From: Chloroflexota bacterium
GTDB taxonomy: Bacteria; Chloroflexota; UBA11872
Assembly (NCBI GenBank): GCA_028874175.1
Contig: JAPPLN010000087.1
Span: 6,977-70,976, forward strand
Direction: 5' to 3'
DNA: 64,000 nucleotides
Shown: positions 38,847 through 49,913 of the stretch, piece after piece
Layout: each line of letters begins with the position of its first letter
Position numbering within the stretch: the first letter of the stretch is position 1
Program-made: the position numbers and the translations under genes
Notes under the pieces: model-generated
Told to the model about the DNA's origin: nothing
Seen by the model: only the letters and a program-made list of their open reading frames with translations
The model's database searches: none

Positions 38847-40334
38847 TTAGAGCAGTCCGTTGTTAACGGCGGACTGCGCCCAGGTCAGCAGGCCGCCGCC
38901 AACGATCCCGAATGCCACCGTGGCACCGGCTGCGGCGGCGATCACCGCCGAGTGCGTGTCGGCCACGATGGCCGAGGCCGGCACCGTGCCCGCGTCGGCG
39001 GGCACGTCCTCGTCGGCGTCCTGCATGAACATCATCACGACGACGCGCAGATAGTAGAACGCCGAGACCACCGAGGTAACCACCAGCACCACCGCCAACC
39101 AGCCAAATTCGGCGTCAACGGCCGATTGCAGGATGTAGAGCTTGCCCAGGAAACCGGACAGCGGCGGCACGCCGGTCAACGACAGCATGAAGACGGCCAT
39201 GGCCACGGCCGGCAACGGCGCGCGCTGCGCCAGGCCGCGGAACGCCGAAATGTCGTTGCTGCCCGTCTGCGTCTCCACGACGTAGGCCACCGCAAACGCC
39301 CCAAACGTCATGAACGCGTAGACGAATCCGTAGAACAGCACTGACGGAATGCCGATGAACGTGGCCGTCTCTTCGGTCTGGCTGACGGCAGCCAGCCCGA
39401 CCAGCATGTAGCCGGTGTGCGCGATGCTGGAGTATCCGAGCAGGCGCTTGACGTCGTTCTGGGCGATGGCCGCCAGGTTTCCGAGAATCATGGTCGCGGC
39501 GGCGATCACGGCCAGGGCAATCGCGATATTGGCAGCGAGAGGCTCGAACGCCAACGTCACCACGCGCGCCAGCAGGGCCATGGCGGCGACCTTTGGCCCG
39601 ACCGAGATGAACGCGGCGGCGGGCGTTGGGGCGCCCTGATAGGCATCGGGCGTCCAGGCGTGGAAGGGCACCGCGGCGACCTTGAATCCCATCGCGACCA
39701 GGATCAGTCCAAGCGCGAAGAGCGTCCACGGGGTTTCTCCGTGAGCCGTGATGCCGGCGGCCGTTTCAGCGAGGCTCGTCGTGCCGGTCAGGCCATACGT
39801 CCAGGCAATGCCATAGACCAATATGGCCGACGCGAACGCGCCGAGTGCGAAGTACTTCATGGCGGCTTCCAGCGACTCGCGGCGGAAGCGCGTGAGGCCA
39901 ACGAGCACGTAGACGGGGATCGCCATGGTTTCAATGGCGATGAGTGCGGTCGCCCAGTCGGCCGCTCCGACCAAGAGCATCATGCCGAGGAGGGAGAACT
40001 GGAGGAGCGCGGCGAAGTCGGTAAGCGGCGCCGTGGAGAAACGTTGCGCGCCGAACACGATGGCCAGCGAGGCCAGAATCAGAAAGAGCGTGCGGAAGAA
40101 GGTGGAGTAGCCGTCGACCACCAGTTGGCCGGCGAAGACCTGGACCGCCGCGTCGTCCGCGGGCGCGCGCATGAACATGAACAGCGCGGCCAGACCGTTG
40201 CCGGTGAGGGCCAGGCTGACGCTGGTCCAGCGCTGGTCGCCGCGCGTTATGGCGGCCCAGAGCAGCAGCGCCAGGGCGGTGCCCAGTACGGTGATCTCAG
40301 GGAGGACGTAGCCGATATCCGAAGGTTCGATCAT
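38847..40334 (-). CDS. nuoN: NADH-quinone oxidoreductase subunit N
   Basis: Antiporter-like membrane subunit. Position and similarity within the nuo operon. Confidence 0.85.
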   Translation of the reverse strand: MIEPSDIGYVLPEITVLGTALALLLWAAITRGDQRWTSVSLALTGNGLAALFMFMRAPADDAAVQVFAGQLVVDGYSTFFRTLFLILASLAIVFGAQRFSTAPLTDFAALLQFSLLGMMLLVGAADWATALIAIETMAIPVYVLVGLTRFRRESLEAAMKYFALGAFASAILVYGIAWTYGLTGTTSLAETAAGITAHGETPWTLFALGLILVAMGFKVAAVPFHAWTPDAYQGAPTPAAAFISVGPKVAAMALLARVVTLAFEPLAANIAIALAVIAAATMILGNLAAIAQNDVKRLLGYSSIAHTGYMLVGLAAVSQTEETATFIGIPSVLFYGFVYAFMTFGAFAVAYVVETQTGSNDISAFRGLAQRAPLPAVAMAVFMLSLTGVPPLSGFLGKLYILQSAVDAEFGWLAVVLVVTSVVSAFYYLRVVVMMFMQDADEDVPADAGTVPASAIVADTHSAVIAAAAGATVAFGIVGGGLLTWAQSAVNNGLL

Positions 40335-40337
40335 CGT

Positions 40338-41822
40338 TTACCCGGCCAGCCCGGCGGTGGTGGCGCTCAGGAGGCGCACGAACGTGTCGGGGAAGATCCC
40401 GACCCAGACGACCAATACGCCGAGGCCGACGAACGTCAGGATCTCGGTGCGGTTGACGTCGGGAATCGTCGCCAGCGCCTGGTTGCGCAGCCGTCCGAGG
40501 GCGACACGCTGGTACATCCAGAGCATGTAGGCGGCGGCCAGGATCACGCCGAGCGCGGCCAGGATTCCGACACCTGTGGCGTAGTCGAAGGCGCCGACGA
40601 GCACCAGGAATTCACCCACGAATCCGCTCAACAGCGGGAGCCCGAGCGACGCCAGCATGAAGAAGCCGAAGAGCGTGGCATAGATGGGCATTCGAGGCGC
40701 CAGGCCGCCGAGTTCATCAATGCGACGGGTGTGCGCGCGCTCGTAGATCACGCCAACCGCGAAGAACAGCGCCGGGCTGACGACGCCGTGGCTGAGCATC
40801 TGCACCAGCGCTCCGTCAATACCTGTCTGCGTTGCGGTGAAGATGCCGAGCGTGACGAAGCCCATGTGGCTGACGCTGGAATACGCGACCAGCTTTTTGA
40901 GATCGGGTTGCACCATGGCCACGAGTGCGCCGTAGACGATGGCAACCAGCGAGAGCGCGACCACCAGACCGCGGGCTTCGTCCACGGCGTCGGGCGCCAT
41001 GGGAATGAGGAAGCGCAGGAAGCCGTAGGCCCCCATCTTGAGGAGCACGCCCGCCAGCACCATGCTGCCTGCCGTCGGCGCTTCGACGTGCGCGTCCGGT
41101 AGCCAGGTGTGGAACGGGAACATGGGTACCTTGATGGCGAAGCCCAGGAAGAAGGCCACGAAGACCCAGCGTTGGAGTATCTGCGAGGCTCCGGCCATTT
41201 CTTCCGGAATCGCTTCAATGTCAAATGTGCCGGTGGTAAAGCGGATGGCCAGGATGGCCACCAGCATGAGCACGCTGCCGGCAAACGTGTAGAGGAAGAA
41301 CTTGACCGTGGCGTAGATGCGGCGCTCGTGGCCCCACACCCCGATCATCAGGTACATCGGGATCAGCACCATTTCCCAGAAGACGTAAAAGAGGATGAAG
41401 TCCAGCGTGACGAATACGCCGAGCATGGCCGTCTGGAGGGTGATCAGGGCTGCGAAGAATTCGCGCTCGCGCCGATGGATGGTCAGCCATGCGGCTGCCA
41501 CCACCAGTGGTCCGAGGATTCCCGTAAGCAGAACCATGAGGATTGAGACGCCGTCCACGCCGAGCTTGTAGGAGATGCCCAGCGCCGGGATCCAGGGGGC
41601 GTTCTCGACGAACTGATACCCGGTGGCTTCGTGGTCGAAAGTGACGACGACGATGATGGCGAGCACGGCCTGCGCCAGGCTTGCCAAGAGCGCTCCCACC
41701 GCAATGGCATTTCGGCTGCGCGCCAGCACGATGATTGGAAGTCCGACGAGGAGCGGTAGCCAGAGCGCCAGCGACAGGATGGGGAAGTCGAGGGCGGCTT
41801 CGCCGGTTGTCATGCCGTTCAT
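40338..41822 (-). CDS. nuoM: NADH-quinone oxidoreductase subunit M
   Basis: Antiporter-like subunit; FFLGFAIKVPMFPFHTWLPDAH motif. Confidence 0.9.
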   Translation of the reverse strand: MNGMTTGEAALDFPILSLALWLPLLVGLPIIVLARSRNAIAVGALLASLAQAVLAIIVVVTFDHEATGYQFVENAPWIPALGISYKLGVDGVSILMVLLTGILGPLVVAAAWLTIHRREREFFAALITLQTAMLGVFVTLDFILFYVFWEMVLIPMYLMIGVWGHERRIYATVKFFLYTFAGSVLMLVAILAIRFTTGTFDIEAIPEEMAGASQILQRWVFVAFFLGFAIKVPMFPFHTWLPDAHVEAPTAGSMVLAGVLLKMGAYGFLRFLIPMAPDAVDEARGLVVALSLVAIVYGALVAMVQPDLKKLVAYSSVSHMGFVTLGIFTATQTGIDGALVQMLSHGVVSPALFFAVGVIYERAHTRRIDELGGLAPRMPIYATLFGFFMLASLGLPLLSGFVGEFLVLVGAFDYATGVGILAALGVILAAAYMLWMYQRVALGRLRNQALATIPDVNRTEILTFVGLGVLVVWVGIFPDTFVRLLSATTAGLAG

Positions 41823-43738
41823 CTAAAGAGCACCAGGCTGCCTACGGTCAGCACCAGGCCAACCACCATCAACAGCGCGTAGTTCTGGGCCTGGCCGGTC
41901 TGCAGACGGCGGACCTGACCGGCGGTGAAGCGCGAAAGGTGCCCGACGCCGTTGACGATGCCGTCAATTACCCCCGCGTCAAAGCCCCAGGAAATCATTG
42001 CCGTGGCCTTGGTGAACGCGACGCCGAATCCGTCACCGATGTGGTCCATGTACCACTTTTGGCGGAACAGGGTCTCAGCGCCCGGCAGGATCCGGCGCGC
42101 CAGCGCGGGGATACTCATTCCCCGGCTATACGCGCCGAGTGCCAGCAGGAGGCCGCCGCCGGCGGCGACGGTGGAAATCAGGGCGAGGACGAGCGTGGCC
42201 GGCGGCCCGGCGCCTTCCAGGTGAACGATTCCGGCGGCGTACTTGAGGTAGCCGTGAATGATTCCGTGCTCCGGCGGAATGCCCAGCACGGCGCCCGCGA
42301 GCACGGCTCCGGCAGCCAGCACAATCAGCGGCAGGGTCATCACCCGAGGCGACTCGTGCGCATGGGCGTACAGCTCGGCGTTGCGGGGCTTGCCGTGGAA
42401 TGTCTTGACGATCATTCGGAACGTGTAGAAGGCGGTCATGACGGAGACGGCCAGGCCGGTGAAATAGAAGACCCAGAAGATCCCCGCGCCGTGATCGGTT
42501 GATAGTGACGAGCCGGGATCGGCCGTCGCCTTGAGGTGCGTCAGGGCCAAAACCTCGTCCTTACTCCAGAACCCGGCCAGCGGGAAAATCGCCGCGAGCG
42601 CGAGTCCGCCCAGGATAAACGTGACGTAGGTGACCGGCAGCTTCCGCCACAGGCCGCCCATCTGTCGCATGTCCTGTTCGTCGTTCAGCGCGTGGATGAC
42701 GCTGCCCGATCCGAGAAACAGGAGCGCCTTGAAGAACGCGTGCGTGGCCAGGTGGAAGATTGCGACCGTGTACGCGCCCGCTCCGGCGGCCAGGAACATC
42801 AGGCCAAGCTGGCTGACGGTCGAATACGCGAGCACGCGCTTGATGTCGGTCTGCGTGAGGGCAATGGTGGCCGCGAGGAAGGCCGTGAACGTGCCGACGG
42901 CGGCGACGAGCAGCAGAGCCTCCGGTGCCGCGGAATAGAGCGGGTTGAGTCGGGCGACCAGGTAGACGCCCGCCGTGACCATGGTCGCCGCGTGGATAAG
43001 CGCGCTGACCGGCGTCGGACCTTCCATGGCGTCCGGCAGCCAGGTATGCAGCGGGAACTGCGCCGACTTGCCCATCGCGCCGATGAAGAGCAGGCAGGCG
43101 ATAGCGGTCACCATGCGCGGGTCGGCCGCACCCAATCCGTCAAAGATCTCGCGGTAGCGCAGCGTCCCGAATTCGTGGAAGGCCAGGATGATGCCGATTG
43201 CGAATCCAAAGTCGCCGATCCGGTTGACCAGGAACGCCTTGGTGGCCGCCGCGTTGGCGCTGTCGCGCTCGTACCAGTAGCCAATCAGCAGATACGAGCA
43301 GAGCCCCACCATCTCCCAGAAGATGAAGAGCTGGAGCAGGTTGTCCGAGATGACCAGCATGATCATGCTGAACACGAACAGCGGGATCCAGGTGAAGAAG
43401 CGCGGCTTGTTGGGATCGTGGTCCATGTATCCGACGGCGTACATGGAGACGAGCGTGCTGACGCCGGTGACGACCAGCAGCATGACGACGGTGAGCGCGT
43501 CGGTCAGGAATGCGATTTCAATTTCGAAGCCACCGCTGGCTACCCAGGTGTAAAGGACCGATGAGTCCTTGTCGGAGCCGGTGCTCTGGATCCAGAGCAC
43601 AACGGTTGCCACGAACGACCCGAGGATTGCCAGGGTGGACACCCAGCCGGTCCAGCGCGGATCGCGACGCCCCGCCAAGCCGTTGACCGCGAAGGCCAGC
43701 AGCGGCAGCAGGGGAATGATCCAGGGCGCGTCTAGCAT
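41819..43738 (-). CDS. nuoL: NADH-quinone oxidoreductase subunit L
   Basis: 639-aa antiporter-like subunit with long C-terminal helix region; HAFFKALLFLGSG motif. Confidence 0.9.
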   Translation of the reverse strand: MLDAPWIIPLLPLLAFAVNGLAGRRDPRWTGWVSTLAILGSFVATVVLWIQSTGSDKDSSVLYTWVASGGFEIEIAFLTDALTVVMLLVVTGVSTLVSMYAVGYMDHDPNKPRFFTWIPLFVFSMIMLVISDNLLQLFIFWEMVGLCSYLLIGYWYERDSANAAATKAFLVNRIGDFGFAIGIILAFHEFGTLRYREIFDGLGAADPRMVTAIACLLFIGAMGKSAQFPLHTWLPDAMEGPTPVSALIHAATMVTAGVYLVARLNPLYSAAPEALLLVAAVGTFTAFLAATIALTQTDIKRVLAYSTVSQLGLMFLAAGAGAYTVAIFHLATHAFFKALLFLGSGSVIHALNDEQDMRQMGGLWRKLPVTYVTFILGGLALAAIFPLAGFWSKDEVLALTHLKATADPGSSLSTDHGAGIFWVFYFTGLAVSVMTAFYTFRMIVKTFHGKPRNAELYAHAHESPRVMTLPLIVLAAGAVLAGAVLGIPPEHGIIHGYLKYAAGIVHLEGAGPPATLVLALISTVAAGGGLLLALGAYSRGMSIPALARRILPGAETLFRQKWYMDHIGDGFGVAFTKATAMISWGFDAGVIDGIVNGVGHLSRFTAGQVRRLQTGQAQNYALLMVVGLVLTVGSLVLFR

Positions 43739-43769
43739 CCCGAGGACCTCACGCGTGCCATACCCAGGA

Positions 43770-44069
43770 TCACCCGCTCAGGCTGTCGAGCTGGTCGACG
43801 TTGACCACGGGGTTTACACGGCTGAGCGCTACAAGGATCGCCAGGCCGATGGCCACTTCGGCGGCGGCGACTGTCAGCGAAAAGACCACGAGGACGAAAC
43901 CGGCCTGGTCGTCCAAATATCTCGAGAAGGCTGCGAGGGTCACGTTGGCGCCTTGAAGCATCAGTTCGATGCACATGAGCATGACGATCGCGTTGCGGCG
44001 AATCAGCACGCCGGTTGCACCCAGCGCAAACAGGAGGGCGCCGACAACCAGGAAGCCGTTAAGCATCAT
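43770..44069 (-). CDS. nuoK: NADH-quinone oxidoreductase subunit K
   Basis: 99-aa three-helix subunit, conserved Glu-containing helices. Confidence 0.9.
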   Translation of the reverse strand: MMLNGFLVVGALLFALGATGVLIRRNAIVMLMCIELMLQGANVTLAAFSRYLDDQAGFVLVVFSLTVAAAEVAIGLAILVALSRVNPVVNVDQLDSLSG

Positions 44070-44686
44070 CGGGCGGACTCTTCAAGTACAGGCTCGGCTG
44101 GCGCCTCGTCGGGTGGCGAGGCTTTTGCCGCCTGCGGGAAGTCCGCTTGCTCGTGGGATTCGACGCGCCGCGCAAGGACGATCGCGCCGATCGTGGCCGC
44201 CGTCAGAAGCACACTCGCCCCGAGGAACGGCAAGGTGAACTCATTGAAGAGCGCCACGGCCAGGGCTTGGGTGCTTCCGCCAAGCTCAGAGACGGTGGCC
44301 GGCGGGAACGCGCCCTTGATCGATGCGCTGATCTCCGGCGTACCCACGCTCACGACCACGCCTTCGATGGCCAGCAGGATTCCCAGGGGTATGCCCAACC
44401 AGATCTGACGGTGCGTAACGCGTTCCTCAGGAAGACGCCGCATGTCGAGCATCATCAGGGTGAAGAGGAACAGCACGACGATGGCGCCGGCATAGATAGC
44501 GATCTGGGCAACTGCCAAGAAGCCGGCGCCCAGGATCACGAAGAGCCCGGCCACATGAAAGATGACAATAACTAGAGAAATGGCCGAGTGGACGGGGTTG
44601 CGCGCGACCAGCATCAGAGCGCCTGCGCCGACGGCCGCGATGGCCAAGTACCAGAAGGCGACGGTAGTTTCGAGGTTGTCAGCCAT
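44066..44686 (-). CDS. nuoJ: NADH-quinone oxidoreductase subunit J
   Basis: Family similarity and operon position. Confidence 0.85.
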   Translation of the reverse strand: MADNLETTVAFWYLAIAAVGAGALMLVARNPVHSAISLVIVIFHVAGLFVILGAGFLAVAQIAIYAGAIVVLFLFTLMMLDMRRLPEERVTHRQIWLGIPLGILLAIEGVVVSVGTPEISASIKGAFPPATVSELGGSTQALAVALFNEFTLPFLGASVLLTAATIGAIVLARRVESHEQADFPQAAKASPPDEAPAEPVLEESAR

Positions 44687-44752
44687 AGCCGTTAGGTAGC
44701 CCAGGTCTCCAGACGGTCATCGCCAGGCGTGCGGCGCGGGCCGCGGACCGAC

Positions 44753-45244
44753 TCAGCCACGTTCGAACCAATTCGCGATGGCCGCGCCCGGGCCGATGTT
44801 TTTCTGCTCGGCTTCCCGGTTGGCCTGATCGTTCTCGAAGATCTCGATCATCTTCTCGCCGTCGATCATCAGACCACGACGGTCATCGGTGACCAGGTGG
44901 AAGTCATGCGTGCGCTGAAGCGCGTCGACCGGACAGGCCTCAATGCAGAAGTAGCAGAACACGCAGCGGCCGACGTCGAAAAGATAGCGGTCGACGAAGC
45001 GCGTGCCGTCGGCGTTCTCGCTGGTGTCGATGCGGATCACGTCGTTCGGACAGGCGGTCTCGCAGAGACCGCAGCCCACGCAGGTCATGCCGCCGGTCAC
45101 TTCGTCGCGACGCATGCCAACCTGTCCGCGGAAGCGATACGAGATATCTCGCAGCTGTTCCGGATAGAGGACGGTCGCCGGCTTGCGGCTGGTGACCATC
45201 AACATGGTTTTGAGACCCTTCATCACGCCAGAACCGAGGGGCAT
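44753..45244 (-). CDS. nuoI: NADH-quinone oxidoreductase subunit I (2x[4Fe-4S])
   Basis: Two CxxCxxCxxxCP ferredoxin motifs (CVGCGLCETACP, CVFCYFCIEACP). Confidence 0.9.
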   Translation of the reverse strand: MPLGSGVMKGLKTMLMVTSRKPATVLYPEQLRDISYRFRGQVGMRRDEVTGGMTCVGCGLCETACPNDVIRIDTSENADGTRFVDRYLFDVGRCVFCYFCIEACPVDALQRTHDFHLVTDDRRGLMIDGEKMIEIFENDQANREAEQKNIGPGAAIANWFERG

Positions 45245-45247
45245 GCG

Positions 45248-46249
45248 CTAGCTCCAGGCCATCCGTAGACCGGCGGCGATGAGGAGGTTCACCACGCCGA
45301 TCGGAATCAGGATCTTCCAACAGAAATTCATGAGTTGGTCGTAGCGGAAGCGCGGCTGGGTGGCGCGCAGCAGGAAGAATCCGAACATGAAGAGGCTGAC
45401 CTTCAACAGGAACCAGATGACTCCACTGAGCGCTTCCAGTCCCGGAATCGTCCAGCCGCGCCAGCCGCCAAGAAACAGGGTGGCGACGAGGGCTGCCATG
45501 AGCAGCATGTTGGCGTACTCGGCCATGAAGAAGAAGGCCCAGCGCATGCCCGAGTACTCGACGTGAAAGCCCGCCACCAGTTCCGACTCGGCTTCAGGCA
45601 AGTCGAACGGAGCCCTGTTGGTCTCGGCCACGGCTGCAAATACAAAGAGCAGGAAGCCGATCAATTGGGGAACGATGAACCAGAGACCGGCCTGCGCGTT
45701 GACGATGTCGATCAGGCTCAGCGAGCCGGCGTAGATTATGACGGCCAGAACGGCCAGGCCCATGACCAATTCGTAGCTGATGACCTGCGCGCTGGAGCGC
45801 AGCGCGCCAAGGTGGGCGTACTTGCTGTTCGACGACCAGCCGGACATGACGACGCCGTACACGCCGAGCGAACCCATGGCCAGGAAGAACAGGATGCCGA
45901 CGTTCAGATCGGCGACCCACAGGCCGATGGTTCTGCCCATTTCGACCTCGGGACCGAACGGAACAATCGCCCAGGCGGCCATGGCCGGCATGACCATCAT
46001 CACCGGTGCGAACCAGTACACGCCTTTGTCGGACTTCCCGGGAATCATGTCTTCTTTGATCCCCAGCTTCAGCCCGTCAGCGGCCGACTGCAGGGATCCG
46101 CGCCAACCGACGCGGTGCGGGCCATAGCGCGACTGCATGCGCCCAAGCACCCAGCGTTCCAACAGCACCAACGGGATGGCGCCGAGGGCGAACAGCACGA
46201 AAACCGCCAGAACCTTGGTGATCAAAATCAGCCAGGCCCAGAAATCCAT
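45248..46249 (-). CDS. nuoH: NADH-quinone oxidoreductase subunit H
   Basis: Typical NuoH/ND1 sequence (QSRYGPHRVGW..., ETNRAPFDLPEAESELVAG). Confidence 0.9.
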   Translation of the reverse strand: MDFWAWLILITKVLAVFVLFALGAIPLVLLERWVLGRMQSRYGPHRVGWRGSLQSAADGLKLGIKEDMIPGKSDKGVYWFAPVMMVMPAMAAWAIVPFGPEVEMGRTIGLWVADLNVGILFFLAMGSLGVYGVVMSGWSSNSKYAHLGALRSSAQVISYELVMGLAVLAVIIYAGSLSLIDIVNAQAGLWFIVPQLIGFLLFVFAAVAETNRAPFDLPEAESELVAGFHVEYSGMRWAFFFMAEYANMLLMAALVATLFLGGWRGWTIPGLEALSGVIWFLLKVSLFMFGFFLLRATQPRFRYDQLMNFCWKILIPIGVVNLLIAAGLRMAWS

Positions 46250-46251
46250 AC

Positions 46252-48684
46252 TTAGGCCTTGCTCACACGCACAAGGGCGCCGTCGGGAGTTCGCGGGTCA
46301 AGCCGGCGAGGTGCGGCTTCGAGGAACCTGTCCGGCAGGCTGACGACGCCGGGGGGTACTCGTCGCGCGACCATGGCTTTCAGGTTGACTTCTCCGCCGG
46401 CGGATGCCACGTGTACGCGATCGCCGTGCGCGATCTGCAGGCGCTGAGCGTCCGAGGCATTCAACTCCGCCACAGCGTCGGGCAGCATGACGGTCAGGCT
46501 TGGCGCGTGGCGTCCGGTTACGCCGGCGGTGTAGAGGTGCTGCTCGGTCGCCAGAACGAGCCGGTCGTCGTCGGCCGGCAGGTGGACGCCATTCACGGCC
46601 ACGGCCTGACCAGATCCGGGAATCGAAGGCGGCATTGAGAGGCTGGCAAGTTCGTCTGAAATCGATTCATGGCTGCGCCAGCCGAAGTCGGCGCCCATGG
46701 CGGCCGCGATGCGGGCGACGATTTCCCAGTCCGGCCGGGAGTCGCCCACCGGAGGGATCGCCGGTTCGAGCCGACCAAGCCGGCCTTCAAAGTTCGTGAA
46801 GTGTCCGCCCTTCTCGGCAAACGTCGTTCCGGGGAGCACAACGTCGGCGACTTCCGTGGTGGCGTTCATGAAGATGTCTTGTGCGATTACCAGGTCGGCG
46901 TCGCGCAGGGCGGCGCTGACGCCGCCGGGATTGTCCGCGCCTCCGACGATGTCTTCGCCCATCACGTAGAGGGCCTGCATCGGTCCTTCGACGAAGTCGT
47001 TGAACGGAAGGCCCGGTTCGTCGCTGAGATCGACGCCCCAGGCCTCGCCAACCTGGCCGCGGGCGTCGGCATCCGCGAGCGGGCGAGCGCCGGGCAAGTG
47101 GTCTGGGGCCATGCCCACCCGGAAGGTGCCGACCGAATTGGCGCGCTCGGCCAGCGGGAACAGCTTCACGCCGTCCCGCGCCAGCGCCAGATTGGCGGCG
47201 GCCTGCGCAATCTTGGCGGCCTTGCCGAGCGTCCACACGCCGGTGTCCCAGACGACGGCAACAGAGCCGGCCGACTGAACCAGCTGGCTGACCTCGGCGA
47301 ACGACTCGGCGTCAACACCGGTCGTCCGGTCAACCCCTTCGTCAGACCCACTGGCTAGTGCGTTGAGGAATGCAGCTTCCGCGCCGGGGCGTACGCGTGC
47401 CGACAGCGTGGCGAAGTCATCGAGCCCGCTGCCGAGCCGGGTGGCGACCACCAGCTTGCGTCCCGCGTCGCGGGCCGCCTGCTTGATGTGGGCCCCAACC
47501 ACGTTGTGCGTCTGGCCGATATCCGCGCCGACGACCAGGATCAGGTCCGATTCCAGGAGTTCACTCTGCGTATGGGGCCCAACCTCGCTGCCGAGAACGG
47601 CTCGCAAGGTGCGCGCTGTGGCGTGCAGGCCGCTGTCCTGGCTGTACACGTTGTTGGTGCCGAGCACGGCGCGGGCAAATCGCTGGAGCGTGTAGTTGTC
47701 TTCGTTGGTGGTATTGGGCGAACCGACCACGCCAACAGCGCCAGCGCCGTGCGTGTCCAATACGTCGCGCAGGCCGCTGGTGATCGTATCCAGGGCCGCG
47801 CGCCAACTCACCGGCCACAGCACGCCGCCGCGCCGGACCATCGGCTGCGTGATCCGGTCCTCGCTGTTTACGAAGGAGTGGCCGAAGAAGCCCTTGGCGC
47901 AGAGGATTCCGCGGTCAGGTTCCTCCAGGCCGTTGCTGCGTGTGCGCACGACCTCGCCGTGACGCGACTCCACCAGCACGGAGCATCCGACCGCGCAGTG
48001 CGGGCAGGTGGAGGCGGCTTTCTCGGTTTGCCAGCTTCGGGCCGAGTGCTTGAACGGGCGGCTCAGCAACGCGCCGACCGGGCACGTCTCGATGCACATG
48101 CCGCAGCGTTCGCAGTCCATGAAGTCGTGCTGGGCCGGGGCGATGAACGTGCCGACGTTGCGCTCGACGAAATCCAGCGCACGCACGCCGATCTGCTCGT
48201 CGCACATGCGGACACAACGACCGCAAAGGATGCAGCGGTTGTGATTGATGAGGATGACCTCGTTGAGGATCTCCTCGGGATGCGCCTTGGGCACGGTCTC
48301 GTAGGGACTCTGGAAGATCTCCTGGTCGAACACCTCGTCCTGCAACTCGCAAGTTCCCGCCTGATCGCAGTACGGACAGTCGAGCGGGTGATGCTGAAGC
48401 TGGAGCTCGATCACGTGCTTGCGGATGTCGAGGATGCTCTGGCTGTTGGTGACAACCGTCATGCCGTCGCCGGCTGGGGTCGTGCAGGAAGCCGTCGGTC
48501 GCGGCGGACCCGGCTGCACCTCGACTACGCACATGCGGCAGGCGCCGTATGGCTTCAGCCGCGGGTCGGTGCAGAGCGTGGGAATCTCGACGCCGATGGA
48601 CTCGCAGGCCTGCAACACGGTCGCGCCGCGGGGCACCTGCACTTCGATGCCGTCGATCGTGAGCGTGACGGTGTCCGTACTCAT
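46252..48684 (-). CDS. nuoG: NADH-quinone oxidoreductase subunit G (2Fe-2S, 4Fe-4S and molybdopterin-like domains)
   Basis: N-terminal 2Fe-2S ferredoxin fold (CRMC), HPLDCPYCD, CILCGRCVRMC. The true start ATG overlaps the nuoD stop (ATGA); the track ORF is extended 121 codons into nuoD. Confidence 0.85.
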   Translation of the reverse strand: MSTDTVTLTIDGIEVQVPRGATVLQACESIGVEIPTLCTDPRLKPYGACRMCVVEVQPGPPRPTASCTTPAGDGMTVVTNSQSILDIRKHVIELQLQHHPLDCPYCDQAGTCELQDEVFDQEIFQSPYETVPKAHPEEILNEVILINHNRCILCGRCVRMCDEQIGVRALDFVERNVGTFIAPAQHDFMDCERCGMCIETCPVGALLSRPFKHSARSWQTEKAASTCPHCAVGCSVLVESRHGEVVRTRSNGLEEPDRGILCAKGFFGHSFVNSEDRITQPMVRRGGVLWPVSWRAALDTITSGLRDVLDTHGAGAVGVVGSPNTTNEDNYTLQRFARAVLGTNNVYSQDSGLHATARTLRAVLGSEVGPHTQSELLESDLILVVGADIGQTHNVVGAHIKQAARDAGRKLVVATRLGSGLDDFATLSARVRPGAEAAFLNALASGSDEGVDRTTGVDAESFAEVSQLVQSAGSVAVVWDTGVWTLGKAAKIAQAAANLALARDGVKLFPLAERANSVGTFRVGMAPDHLPGARPLADADARGQVGEAWGVDLSDEPGLPFNDFVEGPMQALYVMGEDIVGGADNPGGVSAALRDADLVIAQDIFMNATTEVADVVLPGTTFAEKGGHFTNFEGRLGRLEPAIPPVGDSRPDWEIVARIAAAMGADFGWRSHESISDELASLSMPPSIPGSGQAVAVNGVHLPADDDRLVLATEQHLYTAGVTGRHAPSLTVMLPDAVAELNASDAQRLQIAHGDRVHVASAGGEVNLKAMVARRVPPGVVSLPDRFLEAAPRRLDPRTPDGALVRVSKA

Positions 48685-49913
48685 CGATCGACCTCCCCCA
48701 GCACGATATCGACGCTGCCGATGATGGCCACCACGTCGGCGATCAGGCTGCCCACGCTGATTTCCTCGATGATGCTGAGGTTGACGAACGACGGCGAGCG
48801 TACGTGGCAACGGTACGGCATGCCCGAGCCGTCGCTCACGAAGTAGAAGCCAAGCTCGCCCTTCGGATTCTCGATTCCGAAGTACGCCTCGCCCGGCGGC
48901 GGCTGCACCCCGTGCATCACCAGTTTGAAGTGGTTGATCATCGCTTCCATGTCCACCGGCACGCGTCCGATGTCCGGTGGGACGACCTGGGGAAGATCCA
49001 CATTCGAGGGCGCGTCCAGCGGCAAGTCGCGAAGCGCCTCGACGCACTGGCCGATGATTCGCCTGGACTGATACATCTCGTTCAGTCGCACGAGGTAGCG
49101 GGCGTAGACGTCGCCCTCGGTGAAGACGGGAACTTCGAAGTCCACGAGGTCGTAGGCCGCGTACGGCTGGGCCTTGCGCAAATCCCAGGCAATGCCGGAG
49201 CCGCGAATCACCGGCCCCGTCAACCCGTAGCTGAGCGCCTGTTCCTGGGTGATGAACCCGACATCGCGCGTGCGTTCGATGAAGATCTCGTTCTCGGTGA
49301 GCAAGGCGTCGATTTCATCCAACGTGTACCCGTTGAGAAAGGCTTCCGCGTTGTCAAGCCACTGGTCGCCCACGTCGTGCGGACCGGTGCCGCCGACTCG
49401 CATGAACGACGTGGTCAGCCGCGCTCCGCAGGCCTCCTCGAACAGGTACAGGATTTTCTCGCGCTCTCGGAGCGACCAGAGGAACGCGGACATCGCGCCG
49501 ATATCAAGCCCGTGGGTCCCCAGCCAGATGTGGTGGGCGGCCAGGCGCGAAAGTTCCGCCACGGCGGTGCGCATGTAGCGGGCCCGCAGCGGGATTTCAT
49601 CCGTAATGCCCATGAGCTTTTCGATGGCCATCAGGTAGCCCATGTTGTTCGACGGACCTGACGTGTAGTCCATTCGGTCGGTCAGCGTGATGCCGCCGCG
49701 ATAGTCGTGGACCTCCAGCAGCTTCTCCACGCCGCGGTGCAGGTAGCCCATGTCGGCGTCGCAGGCGCGGACTTCCTCGCCATCCAGCTCAATCACCAGG
49801 CGCAGCACGCCGTGGGTACTGGGGTGCTGGGGCCCCATGTTGAGGATCATGTTGTCGCCGCTGCCGCGTTCCAGGTCCACGCGGGCGCCGGCCACTCCGG
49901 ATTCCACGGTCAT
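48681..49913 (-). CDS. nuoD: NADH-quinone oxidoreductase subunit D (49-kDa subunit)
   Basis: Family similarity including the [10 protein letters not shown] region; operon position. Confidence 0.9.
   Translation of the reverse strand: MTVESGVAGARVDLERGSGDNMILNMGPQHPSTHGVLRLVIELDGEEVRACDADMGYLHRGVEKLLEVHDYRGGITLTDRMDYTSGPSNNMGYLMAIEKLMGITDEIPLRARYMRTAVAELSRLAAHHIWLGTHGLDIGAMSAFLWSLREREKILYLFEEACGARLTTSFMRVGGTGPHDVGDQWLDNAEAFLNGYTLDEIDALLTENEIFIERTRDVGFITQEQALSYGLTGPVIRGSGIAWDLRKAQPYAAYDLVDFEVPVFTEGDVYARYLVRLNEMYQSRRIIGQCVEALRDLPLDAPSNVDLPQVVPPDIGRVPVDMEAMINHFKLVMHGVQPPPGEAYFGIENPKGELGFYFVSDGSGMPYRCHVRSPSFVNLSIIEEISVGSLIADVVAIIGSVDIVLGEVDR

Noticed and set aside
39417-41102. 561-aa plus-strand ORF, plus many other 200-600 aa ORFs in the track (e.g. 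971..2071, 5432..6466, 15333..16289, 19386..20294, 47488..48846, 58735..60459, 61588..62940, 63118..63762)
   Set aside because: They lie antisense to or frame-shifted within strongly supported genes (nuoN/nuoM, lysS, the hydantoinase-A-like gene and others). They have Arg/Gly/Pro/Ala-rich low-complexity translations typical of stop-codon-poor high-GC DNA and no recognisable motifs.
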